This document shows, piece by piece, positions 37,212 to 47,542 of a DNA stretch of 64,000 nt (the stretch's first letter is position 1; every line of letters starts with the position of its first letter). The notes below the pieces were generated by a model. The model saw only the letters and a list, made by a program, of their open reading frames with translations, was not told the origin of the DNA and searched no databases. The translations under genes were made by a program, and so were the position numbers. This DNA is from a virus. The DNA lies in IMG/VR virus record IMGVR_UViG_3300028920_000029, positions 32,001 to 96,000 of that record; one strand, given 5' to 3'.

Positions 37212-38863
37212 TGGCGGATATAGATAAATTAAGAAGAGAGATATCGTCTATACGATCAGAGTTTAGAGAGATACTTACGATGATGAAGAGTGGTCAGGTT
37301 AGCGACCAGTTAGAACTTATTGGTGGCAAGCTTGACCACTTAGCTCAAAGTACTAAGCGCCTTAATGAGCTATCTAAAGAGACTGGTAAGATTGGTAAGG
37401 AAGCCAGTGACCTAAAAAAAGAGATAGCTAAAGAGGAACTTGATGTACAAAGAGCTATAGAGGAGGCATATAAATCTCAGACTAAAGAATTAGGTAAAAC
37501 AGTAATAGAGGCTAGGCACAGGGCTAGGATAGACAAAGAGCGAGCTGCGTTAGATGCTAAGGTACTTCAGAACAGGGGTAAGTATAGTAAAGAGGAAGTA
37601 GCTGGAGCAGAAGCTGGAACTCTAAAGCGTGGTAAAGAGTTAGGTAGTGCGATTACTGACGCCCTGAAGGATATAGGTTCCGCAGCAGGAGGAGGCACTA
37701 AGGGTGCTGCCTCCCTGTTAGGCGCTGGTTCTGCGGATATGATGTCTAAAGGTATAAGGACATTTAGTGCGGCACTAAAAGGTGTTGGAGGAGCTCTTGG
37801 AGCTACCACTGGAGTATTAGGTATACTAGGGGCTGTGACTTTACACGCCCTTAAAAAGAATGCGGAGTTAATGGCTGACAGGTTAAACGATGGTGCACTG
37901 GCTGTTAGGGCTATGGGTACCAAGGATATGATTAACGTAGGTCAGAATTATCAGAAGTGGGTATACTCGGCAGCACTACAACATGCTGCAGAAGTTGATG
38001 CTATAAAGGCTGTAGTTAATACTTTAGGTTCAAAGTATAAGTTTAATCTAGAAGACTTTATGAAGTCGAATGATGAACTAGGGTTTACCTTTGCAAACGT
38101 TAGGAGAACTGCGGCTGGTTTAGGTATGAAAGAAGAGGATGTCGCAGGTGTTCTTGACACTTTAGTAAATACATACAGGACTAATATATCAAGTGCGAAG
38201 GCACAGCAGCAAGCAGCTAAAGCTCTTAATACCATAACGGCGTATGCTATTAGGGCAGACAAAGAAGGCATAATGTCCAGGGGTCAGTTTACTAAACAGG
38301 TACAGGATGCCATACAGTCTACCAATCAGTACCATGTGAGCGCCAGTGGTGTAGCTAACTTAATGGATTCTTTTGCGAGGATTACAGGACGAAGCAGGGT
38401 AGCTCAGGATCAATTAGCTAACATGACATCTCAGGCTGTATCTGGTATGCGTGGTATGAATGACTCTTTGGCTCTTTTGGCTATGCCTGATAAAGGACTT
38501 GGTGCTTTATGGGAGTTCCCAACCTTAGATCCAGATGAGATGCAGCGAAGAGTTACTGGTATGTTTGGCGGTATGATGAAGATGACAGACGCTATGTCTT
38601 CGTCTGAGAAGGGATTGAAGTTATTGGTTAGCAGTGGTATAACAGGACTTAACAGAGATATATCCAGAAGGTTATTTATGGCAAGTGGAAGAGGAATAGG
38701 TGCTCAAGATGAGCGTACAGCTTTAGAAGAAACCAGAGCAGGTGTAGATGCTATGAAGGATCTGTACGGTATAACTGGTAAGATACTAAAATCTGTTGAA
38801 AGTATGAAGAAGTCTATAGATGTAGGGTTATCTAATGTAGTACAAAAAGTAGGTAATTGGTAA
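37211..38863 (+). CDS. Tape measure protein (short, 550 aa)
   Basis: Follows the chaperone; Ala/Gly/Lys-rich and helical with a hydrophobic stretch. Confidence 0.75.
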   Translation: MADIDKLRREISSIRSEFREILTMMKSGQVSDQLELIGGKLDHLAQSTKRLNELSKETGKIGKEASDLKKEIAKEELDVQRAIEEAYKSQTKELGKTVIEARHRARIDKERAALDAKVLQNRGKYSKEEVAGAEAGTLKRGKELGSAITDALKDIGSAAGGGTKGAASLLGAGSADMMSKGIRTFSAALKGVGGALGATTGVLGILGAVTLHALKKNAELMADRLNDGALAVRAMGTKDMINVGQNYQKWVYSAALQHAAEVDAIKAVVNTLGSKYKFNLEDFMKSNDELGFTFANVRRTAAGLGMKEEDVAGVLDTLVNTYRTNISSAKAQQQAAKALNTITAYAIRADKEGIMSRGQFTKQVQDAIQSTNQYHVSASGVANLMDSFARITGRSRVAQDQLANMTSQAVSGMRGMNDSLALLAMPDKGLGALWEFPTLDPDEMQRRVTGMFGGMMKMTDAMSSSEKGLKLLVSSGITGLNRDISRRLFMASGRGIGAQDERTALEETRAGVDAMKDLYGITGKILKSVESMKKSIDVGLSNVVQKVGNW

Positions 38864-38875
38864 GGAGATGGCATA

Positions 38876-39826
38876 ATGGGAAACAATAATATAAATGCGG
38901 CAACTAAGTTTGGGTCAGATTTAGTTCCTACAGCGATGAACTCAGTGGCTGGGGTTACTCCAATAGCCAGTTCTATTATAGAAAACAACACTCACCAAGC
39001 GTTGTGGGAGAAGGCCAGGTTTAGTCAGGAGGCCATACTTCAGCACGCTATAGCTACCGCAGATATTACAGTTGAACATACAACTGAAGAGATTCTAGGC
39101 AAGTTTGACTTGCCTGTGCATTCAAGGTTAATTATGTTTAGGGCTAAAGATATGTCATTTGCCGATACAATATTTCCGTTTATAGTACTGCCAGTTAACC
39201 CAGATATGCTTAGGGTTGCTTACAAGAAACGTTCTGATATAGCTTATACTATAGGAGGATTTGTTGTACAGCACTGGCATGATGACGTTATAACTATAAC
39301 GGCTAGTGGATACTTCCCAACCTTTAGGAATAAAGCTAAGGTATTAACGTCAAGCTTTAGGGCGTTCATGTCTTTACTTAACTTATATAGAAGTATTGGA
39401 GGTACCAGTAACGTACCAGTTACGTTCCCGTCATCTCCGTCACTGCTGGATGACAAACTTAAAAAGCTAAAACCATCTACATCTGGGGAGGGTAAGGTTC
39501 CTACTGACCAGTACCCAGCTGTAGGTAACGGCCAGACTACAGTTACAAAAACTGATGGTAAAGAAACTGAAACGCAGTTAGTTACCAGAGCTACAGTTCA
39601 TAGCATACAGAATAGTATAGCAGAGCTACGATATCAATCAGATGTTTACAGGGGTATATTCACAGACTTCTCAATAGATGAGATGTATGAGCAGCCAAAC
39701 ACAATGAAGTATTCTTTTACGTTTAAAGCTATGGAAAAGATAGATGTGTTCTTTGGTAGCTTAGATGACAATACTTCTAATTACACAATGGGACCTAATA
39801 AAATACAGGGTCTTGACATAGGATAA
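38876..39826 (+). CDS. Tail tube initiator/baseplate tube-like protein
   Basis: LPVNP...TIGGFVVQHW...ITASG and YRGIFTDFSIDE...YSFTF motifs. Confidence 0.65.
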   Translation: MGNNNINAATKFGSDLVPTAMNSVAGVTPIASSIIENNTHQALWEKARFSQEAILQHAIATADITVEHTTEEILGKFDLPVHSRLIMFRAKDMSFADTIFPFIVLPVNPDMLRVAYKKRSDIAYTIGGFVVQHWHDDVITITASGYFPTFRNKAKVLTSSFRAFMSLLNLYRSIGGTSNVPVTFPSSPSLLDDKLKKLKPSTSGEGKVPTDQYPAVGNGQTTVTKTDGKETETQLVTRATVHSIQNSIAELRYQSDVYRGIFTDFSIDEMYEQPNTMKYSFTFKAMEKIDVFFGSLDDNTSNYTMGPNKIQGLDIG

Positions 39827-39830
39827 TTAA

Positions 39831-42800
39831 ATGGCAACAAACTATATAGTTCAAAGCCCAAGAGTACTGCTGTTTAAGAACGGAAACAGAGTCGACATAG
39901 GATTAAGTAACAAGGACGCAACCGATAAGAATAGTTTCTTAGATAATATAAAACTGGAGTTAGATGAACATAGCTCTGGTAGATTAGAAAACTTTAACAT
40001 AAATGCCAATCTTGATACCGAACCAAATACTATGACACTAACCATAGCTATACCAATCCCAGAAGGAATTTATAGTGAAGGGTCTAATAGCTTTGCAGAT
40101 TCAAGATTTGTTGACTTTAAATCTCCTAACGTTTCGTGGAAACCTATGGATCATATAGAGCTATATGTTTCTGTATCTCCTGAGGTTGAGGAATTCTATA
40201 GGTTATTTGCTGGAGTAGTTACTGAAGTAAAGACAGACTTTAAAGGCTATGAGATGATGATAAGTTTATCATGCAAAGATATGTTCTATTGGTTAAGTAA
40301 GGCAAGAATAAACCCCAGGTGGTCAGCTACCGAAGCAGTGTTACGTGCTGGTAAAGTTGATAGCGACCAGCTTAAGAACATAGCATACAATACAAAATAT
40401 GTTGGGTACAGCTTTAAACAAATTATAGAAGCTATACTTTACAACGCTGCTAAAGATGGTAAGGTGGAAGACGAAACACAGTTTGTTGCGTTAGGTGAGA
40501 TAGATTTTGCTTCATGGATGCAACTAGCAGGAAGAGAAAGTCTTATAGGTGACGTCATAAAGGACGACCTGCTCGATCAGCAAGAGTATTATAGGCGTGC
40601 AGAGAAAAAGTATTTAGAAGAAGCCAGAAAGAATAATGTAAAGATAAGACCTGTAGATGATAGACGAATAAAAATTGACAGGCAGGGTATATCTAAGGTT
40701 GTCCACCAGGGTAAGGAGGCAGTATTTAGGGGTGCCATAAGTAAGGCGCAGGTACTTCAGGCTGCGGCCAGCAACCAAATTAACAGAAGGTTTGTGGCAC
40801 AGTATTGGGATACTCAATTTTTAGAATTCATAAGAAAGAACTACGTGAGTTATGGTAGAGAGTATGACTGGCTTACTCTTCCATTTCCGTTTAGTAATGG
40901 GGGAAACATTAACTTTATTGAAGGTACGTACTCTACAAGGTTAGAGCTTTTAAAAGAACTTACTACACTAACTATGTTTGAGATATATCAGAGTACCCAG
41001 GGATGGGTGTTCGTTAAACCTCCTATGTATAACATGCCGCCGTTAACAACTATAGATGCGGTTGAGTTAGAATCAACTGACAGATCGCTAGATATTAATA
41101 ATGTACTGACTTCAGTGTCCACTGAAGGAGCATTAGTAGCAGGTACTGGTGATGACGGAGTAGATACTCTTAGCGCACAAATGAAGGCTGTTCAGGTAGA
41201 AACAAACTTTCCGTTTATTCAGGGTACATACACGTGCCTATTCCCTAAAAACTTTGACGCTTCTTTAACTGGGGCACAGCAAAAGAACGTTAAGGATATA
41301 GATAGGTTTTCATGGGGAGCAAACATAGACAGCTTGAGTCCCAATAAAGGTGACGGAACTGATGGTGTTGTACAGCTGAATGCTTTTGAAACGTTCGTAC
41401 GCGAGCTAAAGAGATTAGGTAAAGGTAACGACAAAGATAAAACTGTATCAGAGTTAAGTGAAATATCTACAAACATTAAAGGTCAAGTTAGTTTAGTAGA
41501 CGTAAAGACTACAATCTCAACAGGTAAGGAAACTTCTTCTGGCTCAGAAAAGGAAGAGTATCTTATGTCTAAAGGATCACAACAGGTAGACTTTGCTAAA
41601 GTGGCGCAACTCCTAACGTTTGAATTGCTACGAAAGAATCTAACCAGGGATGTGTTAAATAGAGTATTAACTAACGAAGACACATACCTTATATTTTTTC
41701 AAGACTTAAGAGCCGCCGCAACGTCTTTTCTTAATAACGCCACTATGTCTGTTAGCGGTGACTTAGGTACCCATAATTCTAAACTATACGCCAGGAATGT
41801 ACTATCCTATATTACAGATCTTCAGTCAAGGTATGTAAACTTTATACAGGCTGCGGCTGCAGAACAAAACCTAGGAAAGGTAGTTGAGCAGGATATCTTA
41901 AATGGGTCTGGAAACTTTAAAGGTTTGTATGATCGTATGGCAGATATATTTTCTGGCTCCGTAGATACAACTGGAAGTATACTGTATGACCCAACTAATA
42001 TATCATTGTCAGGCGCACTAAGTACTACGGAGAGAAACACGTTACTGGATGATCCTGAAGGTAAGGACTTTTCTATTTATAAGTTTATTGCTGAAGCCAC
42101 GGGAAGTTTTTATAGTCGTAGATCTTTATTACGTGACAAGGACGGAAACCTAGTAAAGACTATAAATTATAAGCAACTTAAGTCTGAATTACAGAAAAGG
42201 AAATTGGCCGCTAATACAATTCCTATTGATAACAAGCCAAGTATTGTTGCGTCGGCTACGTGTACGTACAAACTGGATGATAGATTGAAGACAGTAGGAG
42301 ACTACAATGTTATGCAGCACGGGTTTAACAGCACCAAGATAACTAATAGAATGATAAGGACGCAGGAACAAACTACTGCGTTTGCTAAATATTTTATGTA
42401 TATAAATAACGCGTCCCTAGAAAAAACCAAGATGGTATTGAAAACATTAAGACCTGATGTAGTTTTAGGGTTTCCAATACTAAATAACTTGGACATGAAT
42501 GTTTATTATGTTAATGATATAAATTTCTCATTAACCGCTGGCAATGATTTTACCACAAACATTACAGGTATTGCCAGGCGCAGACCAGTATGGATAAACT
42601 CAGATGTTCCAGAGGGAAATCAAATATTTAACAACCCAGAATTAAAAGCTAAGGCGTTAATAAACCCTAAAGGTAACCCAGAATATTCTGATATACTTAA
42701 GTATGAATCAGAAGTAGCGGCTGAAATATCTGGTACTAATAAGAGTTCTGGAAAGTATAAACTATTGGGTTGGGAATACTACGGCCCAGACGAGTCAGAT

Positions 42801-43880
42801 TTAAAAGATGATGACGTAACTAATCTACAGTATGGAATATTCTTACCTCCGTTTGGCGGGGTTATTGATTCGATAGTATCTCAGGATTATACTCAGAAGG
42901 ATACTGGTGTATCTAATATTAAGGTTATAAAAATATCTGAGGATACTAGCGCGCAGGGTACTAAGTCGCGCTACAAGTTTGAAGTGTTAACAATAGATGC
43001 TACTGTAGATATACACGGGCAGTCAATAGAGTCTAAGAAGGCTGGTATGGTTACTCTTCCAAAGAATAACCTTGTAGCTCTTGAATCATCTCACTCCCTT
43101 AGTAGCGGACAGGTTCGTGTTGTAGACTTAAAAGGTGAAAAGGTAGGATTTTTTGAAACAAGAACTAAGGATTCATCCAGAAGGAGTATACCTCTTCCAG
43201 TTGGGTTGAGGCCTTCTACCCCGATTGATGTAATATTAAACGAACTTAAAACTGACGAGTTTAATTATACTAATTCTGGACCAGTAAATTTTACTACTAC
43301 AGCAAAAGATGTTAGAGTATTTGATGGTGAGATTAGTATGGGTCAGAACAGCGTTATGGTGTTTGTTTCTGATCTAAATTTTAGTCCACAAGTACAGGTT
43401 GGTAAACTTAATATACCTAATAAACCTAAAGACTTAGAGACTGTTGAAGGAGGAAATATTAAATTTGGTAACGTTAGTTGGGATTTAACTAAGGTATCCA
43501 TTATTCCAGAAACAGAACTTAGAGAGATACTTACGCAGGTATTGAGTAACTATACGGTTGGGTCATACAAAGATCTAGAGAAGTCATTACGGACACGAGT
43601 AAGTAAGAGTTATAAGAATGTTATAACAGAGACTCAGGTGGCCAAGCTTGTATCTTATCAACTACGTGGAGTAAGTTATCTTAGAAGTTTAGGTGTTCCT
43701 GGTGCAGGTATTAAAGATAAGAGAAGTGGTTCAGTATCTAGCGTTCCTAATGTTTCAGTACCTAGTAACACTATAACATCTTCTAATACGGGAGATGATA
43801 GTTCCAGCGCAGAAATAAAGGCTAACATCGTTAAGTCACAGAGTAAAGATAGCGACCCAGTAGTTAGAGGAGATAACTAA
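39831..43880 (+). CDS. Baseplate hub protein (large, with insertions)
   Basis: RLFAGVVTEV, LSCKDM, FEIYQ..G..FVKPP and YYVNDI.F hub-like motifs; position. Confidence 0.65.
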   Translation: MATNYIVQSPRVLLFKNGNRVDIGLSNKDATDKNSFLDNIKLELDEHSSGRLENFNINANLDTEPNTMTLTIAIPIPEGIYSEGSNSFADSRFVDFKSPNVSWKPMDHIELYVSVSPEVEEFYRLFAGVVTEVKTDFKGYEMMISLSCKDMFYWLSKARINPRWSATEAVLRAGKVDSDQLKNIAYNTKYVGYSFKQIIEAILYNAAKDGKVEDETQFVALGEIDFASWMQLAGRESLIGDVIKDDLLDQQEYYRRAEKKYLEEARKNNVKIRPVDDRRIKIDRQGISKVVHQGKEAVFRGAISKAQVLQAAASNQINRRFVAQYWDTQFLEFIRKNYVSYGREYDWLTLPFPFSNGGNINFIEGTYSTRLELLKELTTLTMFEIYQSTQGWVFVKPPMYNMPPLTTIDAVELESTDRSLDINNVLTSVSTEGALVAGTGDDGVDTLSAQMKAVQVETNFPFIQGTYTCLFPKNFDASLTGAQQKNVKDIDRFSWGANIDSLSPNKGDGTDGVVQLNAFETFVRELKRLGKGNDKDKTVSELSEISTNIKGQVSLVDVKTTISTGKETSSGSEKEEYLMSKGSQQVDFAKVAQLLTFELLRKNLTRDVLNRVLTNEDTYLIFFQDLRAAATSFLNNATMSVSGDLGTHNSKLYARNVLSYITDLQSRYVNFIQAAAAEQNLGKVVEQDILNGSGNFKGLYDRMADIFSGSVDTTGSILYDPTNISLSGALSTTERNTLLDDPEGKDFSIYKFIAEATGSFYSRRSLLRDKDGNLVKTINYKQLKSELQKRKLAANTIPIDNKPSIVASATCTYKLDDRLKTVGDYNVMQHGFNSTKITNRMIRTQEQTTAFAKYFMYINNASLEKTKMVLKTLRPDVVLGFPILNNLDMNVYYVNDINFSLTAGNDFTTNITGIARRRPVWINSDVPEGNQIFNNPELKAKALINPKGNPEYSDILKYESEVAAEISGTNKSSGKYKLLGWEYYGPDESDLKDDDVTNLQYGIFLPPFGGVIDSIVSQDYTQKDTGVSNIKVIKISEDTSAQGTKSRYKFEVLTIDATVDIHGQSIESKKAGMVTLPKNNLVALESSHSLSSGQVRVVDLKGEKVGFFETRTKDSSRRSIPLPVGLRPSTPIDVILNELKTDEFNYTNSGPVNFTTTAKDVRVFDGEISMGQNSVMVFVSDLNFSPQVQVGKLNIPNKPKDLETVEGGNIKFGNVSWDLTKVSIIPETELREILTQVLSNYTVGSYKDLEKSLRTRVSKSYKNVITETQVAKLVSYQLRGVSYLRSLGVPGAGIKDKRSGSVSSVPNVSVPSNTITSSNTGDDSSSAEIKANIVKSQSKDSDPVVRGDN

Positions 43881-44782
43881 TGGCTGATATGAGAGCACGA
43901 CTACAAGGAGCCAAGAACAATTCTTGGATGACATCAGCGATATACCCCACGATAGGAGTAATAGATACTATTAATACTAACAACAACTCCGCAACTGTTA
44001 GGTCTACTAAGGGTGTTATAGAAAATGCTAGGCTTCCGTTGCCATACTATTCTACAGGTACTGGTATATTCTATACTCCAGTTAAGGGAGACTGTTGTAT
44101 GGTATCATATGAATCATCTGGTAAGCCGTTCATTACAGCGTTTTACCCTTTAAGGCCTGTGGATGAAAGCTCGGGAGTTAATAGGTTGTACCCTCCAGAG
44201 CATACATTAAAGATAAAGACTAAGGCTGGCGACGTAATAAACATGTCTGATAGTGAAGACGACGCCAGCATATCTATTAAGAGCCCGAAGGAAGTAGGTG
44301 TTAGGGTTAGGGATGAGAGTGACGCGGATAACGTAACTACTGTAGGTACCATGCTTTTGACTGATGATTCTAACGCTACAACATACTCCATTAGTGTAGG
44401 TAGAACAACAGTAGGAGCAATAAATGTTACACATAACGAGGAAGATAAAACGACTACTTTGTTCCTACAAGTAGGTAACCATACGTTAACTATGGAAGAT
44501 ATCGACGGAACTGGGAGCTTTAATTTGACTATAGGAGATTCAACTGTTATAATAGATAGTGGAGATATAAAACTAGACGCGGGAACCAATAACGTCGAAG
44601 TAAGCGGAGCAAGTATCAACCTCAATTCTACAGGGCTTGGGGGTAACGTAGTTACTATGCCCGCACTTAGACGTATATTAACACAGGGTAGCCTTAGCGG
44701 CGACGTAGCAAAGACTAACTTTTTAGCGGCGATAAGTGCTGCGGAACAGGAAGTTAACTCTGCTCCAGCAGTTAATATATAG
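43880..44782 (+). CDS. Baseplate spike (gpV/gp45-like)
   Basis: OB-fold-like N-terminus (GIFYTPVKGD..V) followed by beta-rich repeats. Confidence 0.65.
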   Translation: MADMRARLQGAKNNSWMTSAIYPTIGVIDTINTNNNSATVRSTKGVIENARLPLPYYSTGTGIFYTPVKGDCCMVSYESSGKPFITAFYPLRPVDESSGVNRLYPPEHTLKIKTKAGDVINMSDSEDDASISIKSPKEVGVRVRDESDADNVTTVGTMLLTDDSNATTYSISVGRTTVGAINVTHNEEDKTTTLFLQVGNHTLTMEDIDGTGSFNLTIGDSTVIIDSGDIKLDAGTNNVEVSGASINLNSTGLGGNVVTMPALRRILTQGSLSGDVAKTNFLAAISAAEQEVNSAPAVNI

Positions 44783-44792
44783 GAGGACATTG

Positions 44793-45758
44793 ATGAGCTT
44801 TGATCTCGATTACGTAATGGTAGATTGCGACCACAGGATACATGACATACTTATACAAGAAGCCGTAAGTCCAGAGATATTTGTGGCTGATGGTGCGTCA
44901 GTATGTGGTAGCTCGTTATGTGGTTCAACTGTTGATACCGTAGGTCAGGCATCCTATGCTACCTCTAATTTGTTTGGGACCAAAGGAACTTTTACTAAGC
45001 TTGGTAACGGTAACACCCAAGCTGTAATCGATATAGATATACAGCCAGCGTCTAACATAAGACTATTTGTAAGGAAGCCTGGGGAGTACCAAAGGTATGA
45101 AGTATTTCCTACTGGGTATACAGAGAGTCTTATCAACGCAGTTTATGGTGATGGACTTGTGTACGGTAATTTTATATATGACGCTCCTTCTCTTTATGAG
45201 GATGTTACCGAAAACACAGAGACACTTTGGGAAATGGATTATAGAAATAGTCAGCTAACTATATATAGATATGATAATATGTTTGACTGGTATATAGATT
45301 ACAACGTAGGGCTAACAGATTGTCCTTTCTGTAAGGGATCTGGAGTAGAGAATGATCTGGTTGTAAACAACATAGGAAGAATGTCCCTGGCTGTAGATAC
45401 GGACAAGCTGGTACAAACCGTAATGAAAGCCGTACTTACCGAGAAAGGAAAGAATCCATACAATCCTTCGTATGGTACTATGATAAAATCTTTGATAGGT
45501 CAGAAGTTTATTATGTCTGGGTTCTTATTAAGGCAGGAAATTATGGATCAGCTGGAGCAAATTAAGAAATTACAAAATGCAGTTATGCGAGCAGCTCCAG
45601 ATTTCTATTCACCATATGAGGTATTATATGATATAGTCGGAGCGCAGATCCTTCCGACGTCCGACCCGCGCCAGATAGATTTAAAGCTTGTGCTTAAGTC
45701 TCTGGCACTAGATAGGGTTGGAACAAAAACTATAAAGATATCTGCTGTAGGAGGTTAG
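44793..45758 (+). CDS. Baseplate wedge/sheath initiator (gp25-like C-terminal domain)
   Basis: Start at ATG 44793 after AGGAGG; CPFCKG and KLVQ...VLTEKGKNPYNPSYGT. Confidence 0.7.
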   Translation: MSFDLDYVMVDCDHRIHDILIQEAVSPEIFVADGASVCGSSLCGSTVDTVGQASYATSNLFGTKGTFTKLGNGNTQAVIDIDIQPASNIRLFVRKPGEYQRYEVFPTGYTESLINAVYGDGLVYGNFIYDAPSLYEDVTENTETLWEMDYRNSQLTIYRYDNMFDWYIDYNVGLTDCPFCKGSGVENDLVVNNIGRMSLAVDTDKLVQTVMKAVLTEKGKNPYNPSYGTMIKSLIGQKFIMSGFLLRQEIMDQLEQIKKLQNAVMRAAPDFYSPYEVLYDIVGAQILPTSDPRQIDLKLVLKSLALDRVGTKTIKISAVGG

Positions 45759-45760
45759 TA

Positions 45761-47533
45761 ATGCCGATACTTAATACTAAGACAAAGGCTCAGCTAATAG
45801 AAGAGATAATCAATTTTATACGTAGTAGGTTTAGGAACATAGATATGTCTCCTGGCCAGGTAGCCAGAGATCTTCTGGTTGAAGCACCAGCAGAGTTTAT
45901 GTATGACAACTACGTACTGGTTAACTTCTTGAACGCTGCCATCAATCTTAACAACTTAGAAAGTTATATTCTTAATGAGGACCTTAGGGTTGAACTAGCT
46001 AATTTGTTAAGCGTTTCCATTTCTGATGTTGATAATATGATAACTGAGGTTTTAGTTTTGCACGGGGAGAACTATGGTATAATAAGAAAGGAAGCTACTA
46101 AGGCTTCTGGTACCTTAAGCTTTACTACGACAACACGTCCAACATCAGCAACGTCTATAGCTTCTGGAACAATATGTCAGATACCAGAATCAAACCTGAC
46201 GTTTAGTACTACTGCTGAAATAACAATACCAGCGAACCCAACGGCAGCATACTTTAACTTCGACAATAATGTGTGGGAGTTTAAGGTTCTCGCTTCTAGC
46301 GGCGGTGGTGGTTCAGTATACAACGTACCTCCGCACACAGTAACGGCTGTCCAGCCAGGACAAAGTGTAAGCTTTAACGTAACAAACTATAATTCTTTTA
46401 CGGGTGGTACAGACGTGGAGAGCAATGCATCACTCATCACAAGAATAAAGGAAGCGTTGGCAGGTAACTTCCACGGAACTGCAAGCGCAATACTTAGTAC
46501 AGTATTATCATATCCTTTTATAGATGCAGCAGAGTTAGCTTACCTACCCACAGATCCGTCAAAGGTTAGAGAGGGGTTAAGTCAGATAGATGTTTTTGTT
46601 AAGTCTGATGCTACTAACAGGACTACAGATACCGAATCTTCGTACGCGACTAATCCTATAGTATTGGGTAATACGTACGCTACGAGCGTATACTCAGTAC
46701 TAATATCTACTAACAGTTATACTATCTCGTCAGTATTTTATGATTTAGAGATTGGTGACTTAGGTACATCCTACGTTAGATTCTCTGACATATCAGAAAG
46801 TATAACAGCTACAAGGAGTGACAGTCTAGGTTCTGGAGAAGAGTACATATCTTTAAGTGGAGGAGATACACTGCAACTTATAAACTCTGGAGTAGAGATA
46901 GACTTTCCAGACCCATCTGCAGGTAATCCTATTAGTACTGATGGAAGGATAACAGTAACCCTTTATGATTCGGATGGTACCTCTACAGACGATACAGCTA
47001 ATTGGAGTTATACAGATAGTCCGTCTACAATAGAGAGATCATCTGCAGTTGCTTCAACTACAGTTAGGATTGCGGTTGGTGTAACTCCAGCTACTGGAGA
47101 CGCCGTAGATATAGATTACTTATATAACCAAGCTATAGTTGATGTAGTAAATTATTTAAACAGTGACGCCGTTGTATTTATGGGACAGGATATTCAGCTG
47201 TTTCCAGCCGAACAGTCATCTATCTATATAGATATGAGGGTACAGATAGAAACATCCTATAGCTCAGAAACTAAACGCTCCGAGATTACTACAGCAGTTA
47301 CTGAGTTTATTACTGGGTTAGGACTTGGATCTTCAATAAACAAATCAGATATACTTGATATAGTATTAGACATAGCGGGTGTAGTGGATGTAGACTTAGG
47401 TAACATGACACTTGGTATAGGTACTGAGGATAGCCCACCAGAAGTATCTGGTGATTTAACGCTTGATACAGACCAGTATCCTATAATGGGGTATTTAAAT
47501 TTAACATTAACGAACGCTAATATAAAAAACTGA
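45761..47533 (+). CDS. Baseplate J-like wedge protein
   Basis: RKEATKASG, YNVPPHTV, NSFTGGTDVESNASLITRI and IAGVVDV motifs. Confidence 0.88.
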   Translation: MPILNTKTKAQLIEEIINFIRSRFRNIDMSPGQVARDLLVEAPAEFMYDNYVLVNFLNAAINLNNLESYILNEDLRVELANLLSVSISDVDNMITEVLVLHGENYGIIRKEATKASGTLSFTTTTRPTSATSIASGTICQIPESNLTFSTTAEITIPANPTAAYFNFDNNVWEFKVLASSGGGGSVYNVPPHTVTAVQPGQSVSFNVTNYNSFTGGTDVESNASLITRIKEALAGNFHGTASAILSTVLSYPFIDAAELAYLPTDPSKVREGLSQIDVFVKSDATNRTTDTESSYATNPIVLGNTYATSVYSVLISTNSYTISSVFYDLEIGDLGTSYVRFSDISESITATRSDSLGSGEEYISLSGGDTLQLINSGVEIDFPDPSAGNPISTDGRITVTLYDSDGTSTDDTANWSYTDSPSTIERSSAVASTTVRIAVGVTPATGDAVDIDYLYNQAIVDVVNYLNSDAVVFMGQDIQLFPAEQSSIYIDMRVQIETSYSSETKRSEITTAVTEFITGLGLGSSINKSDILDIVLDIAGVVDVDLGNMTLGIGTEDSPPEVSGDLTLDTDQYPIMGYLNLTLTNANIKN

Positions 47534-47542
47534 GGTGGATAA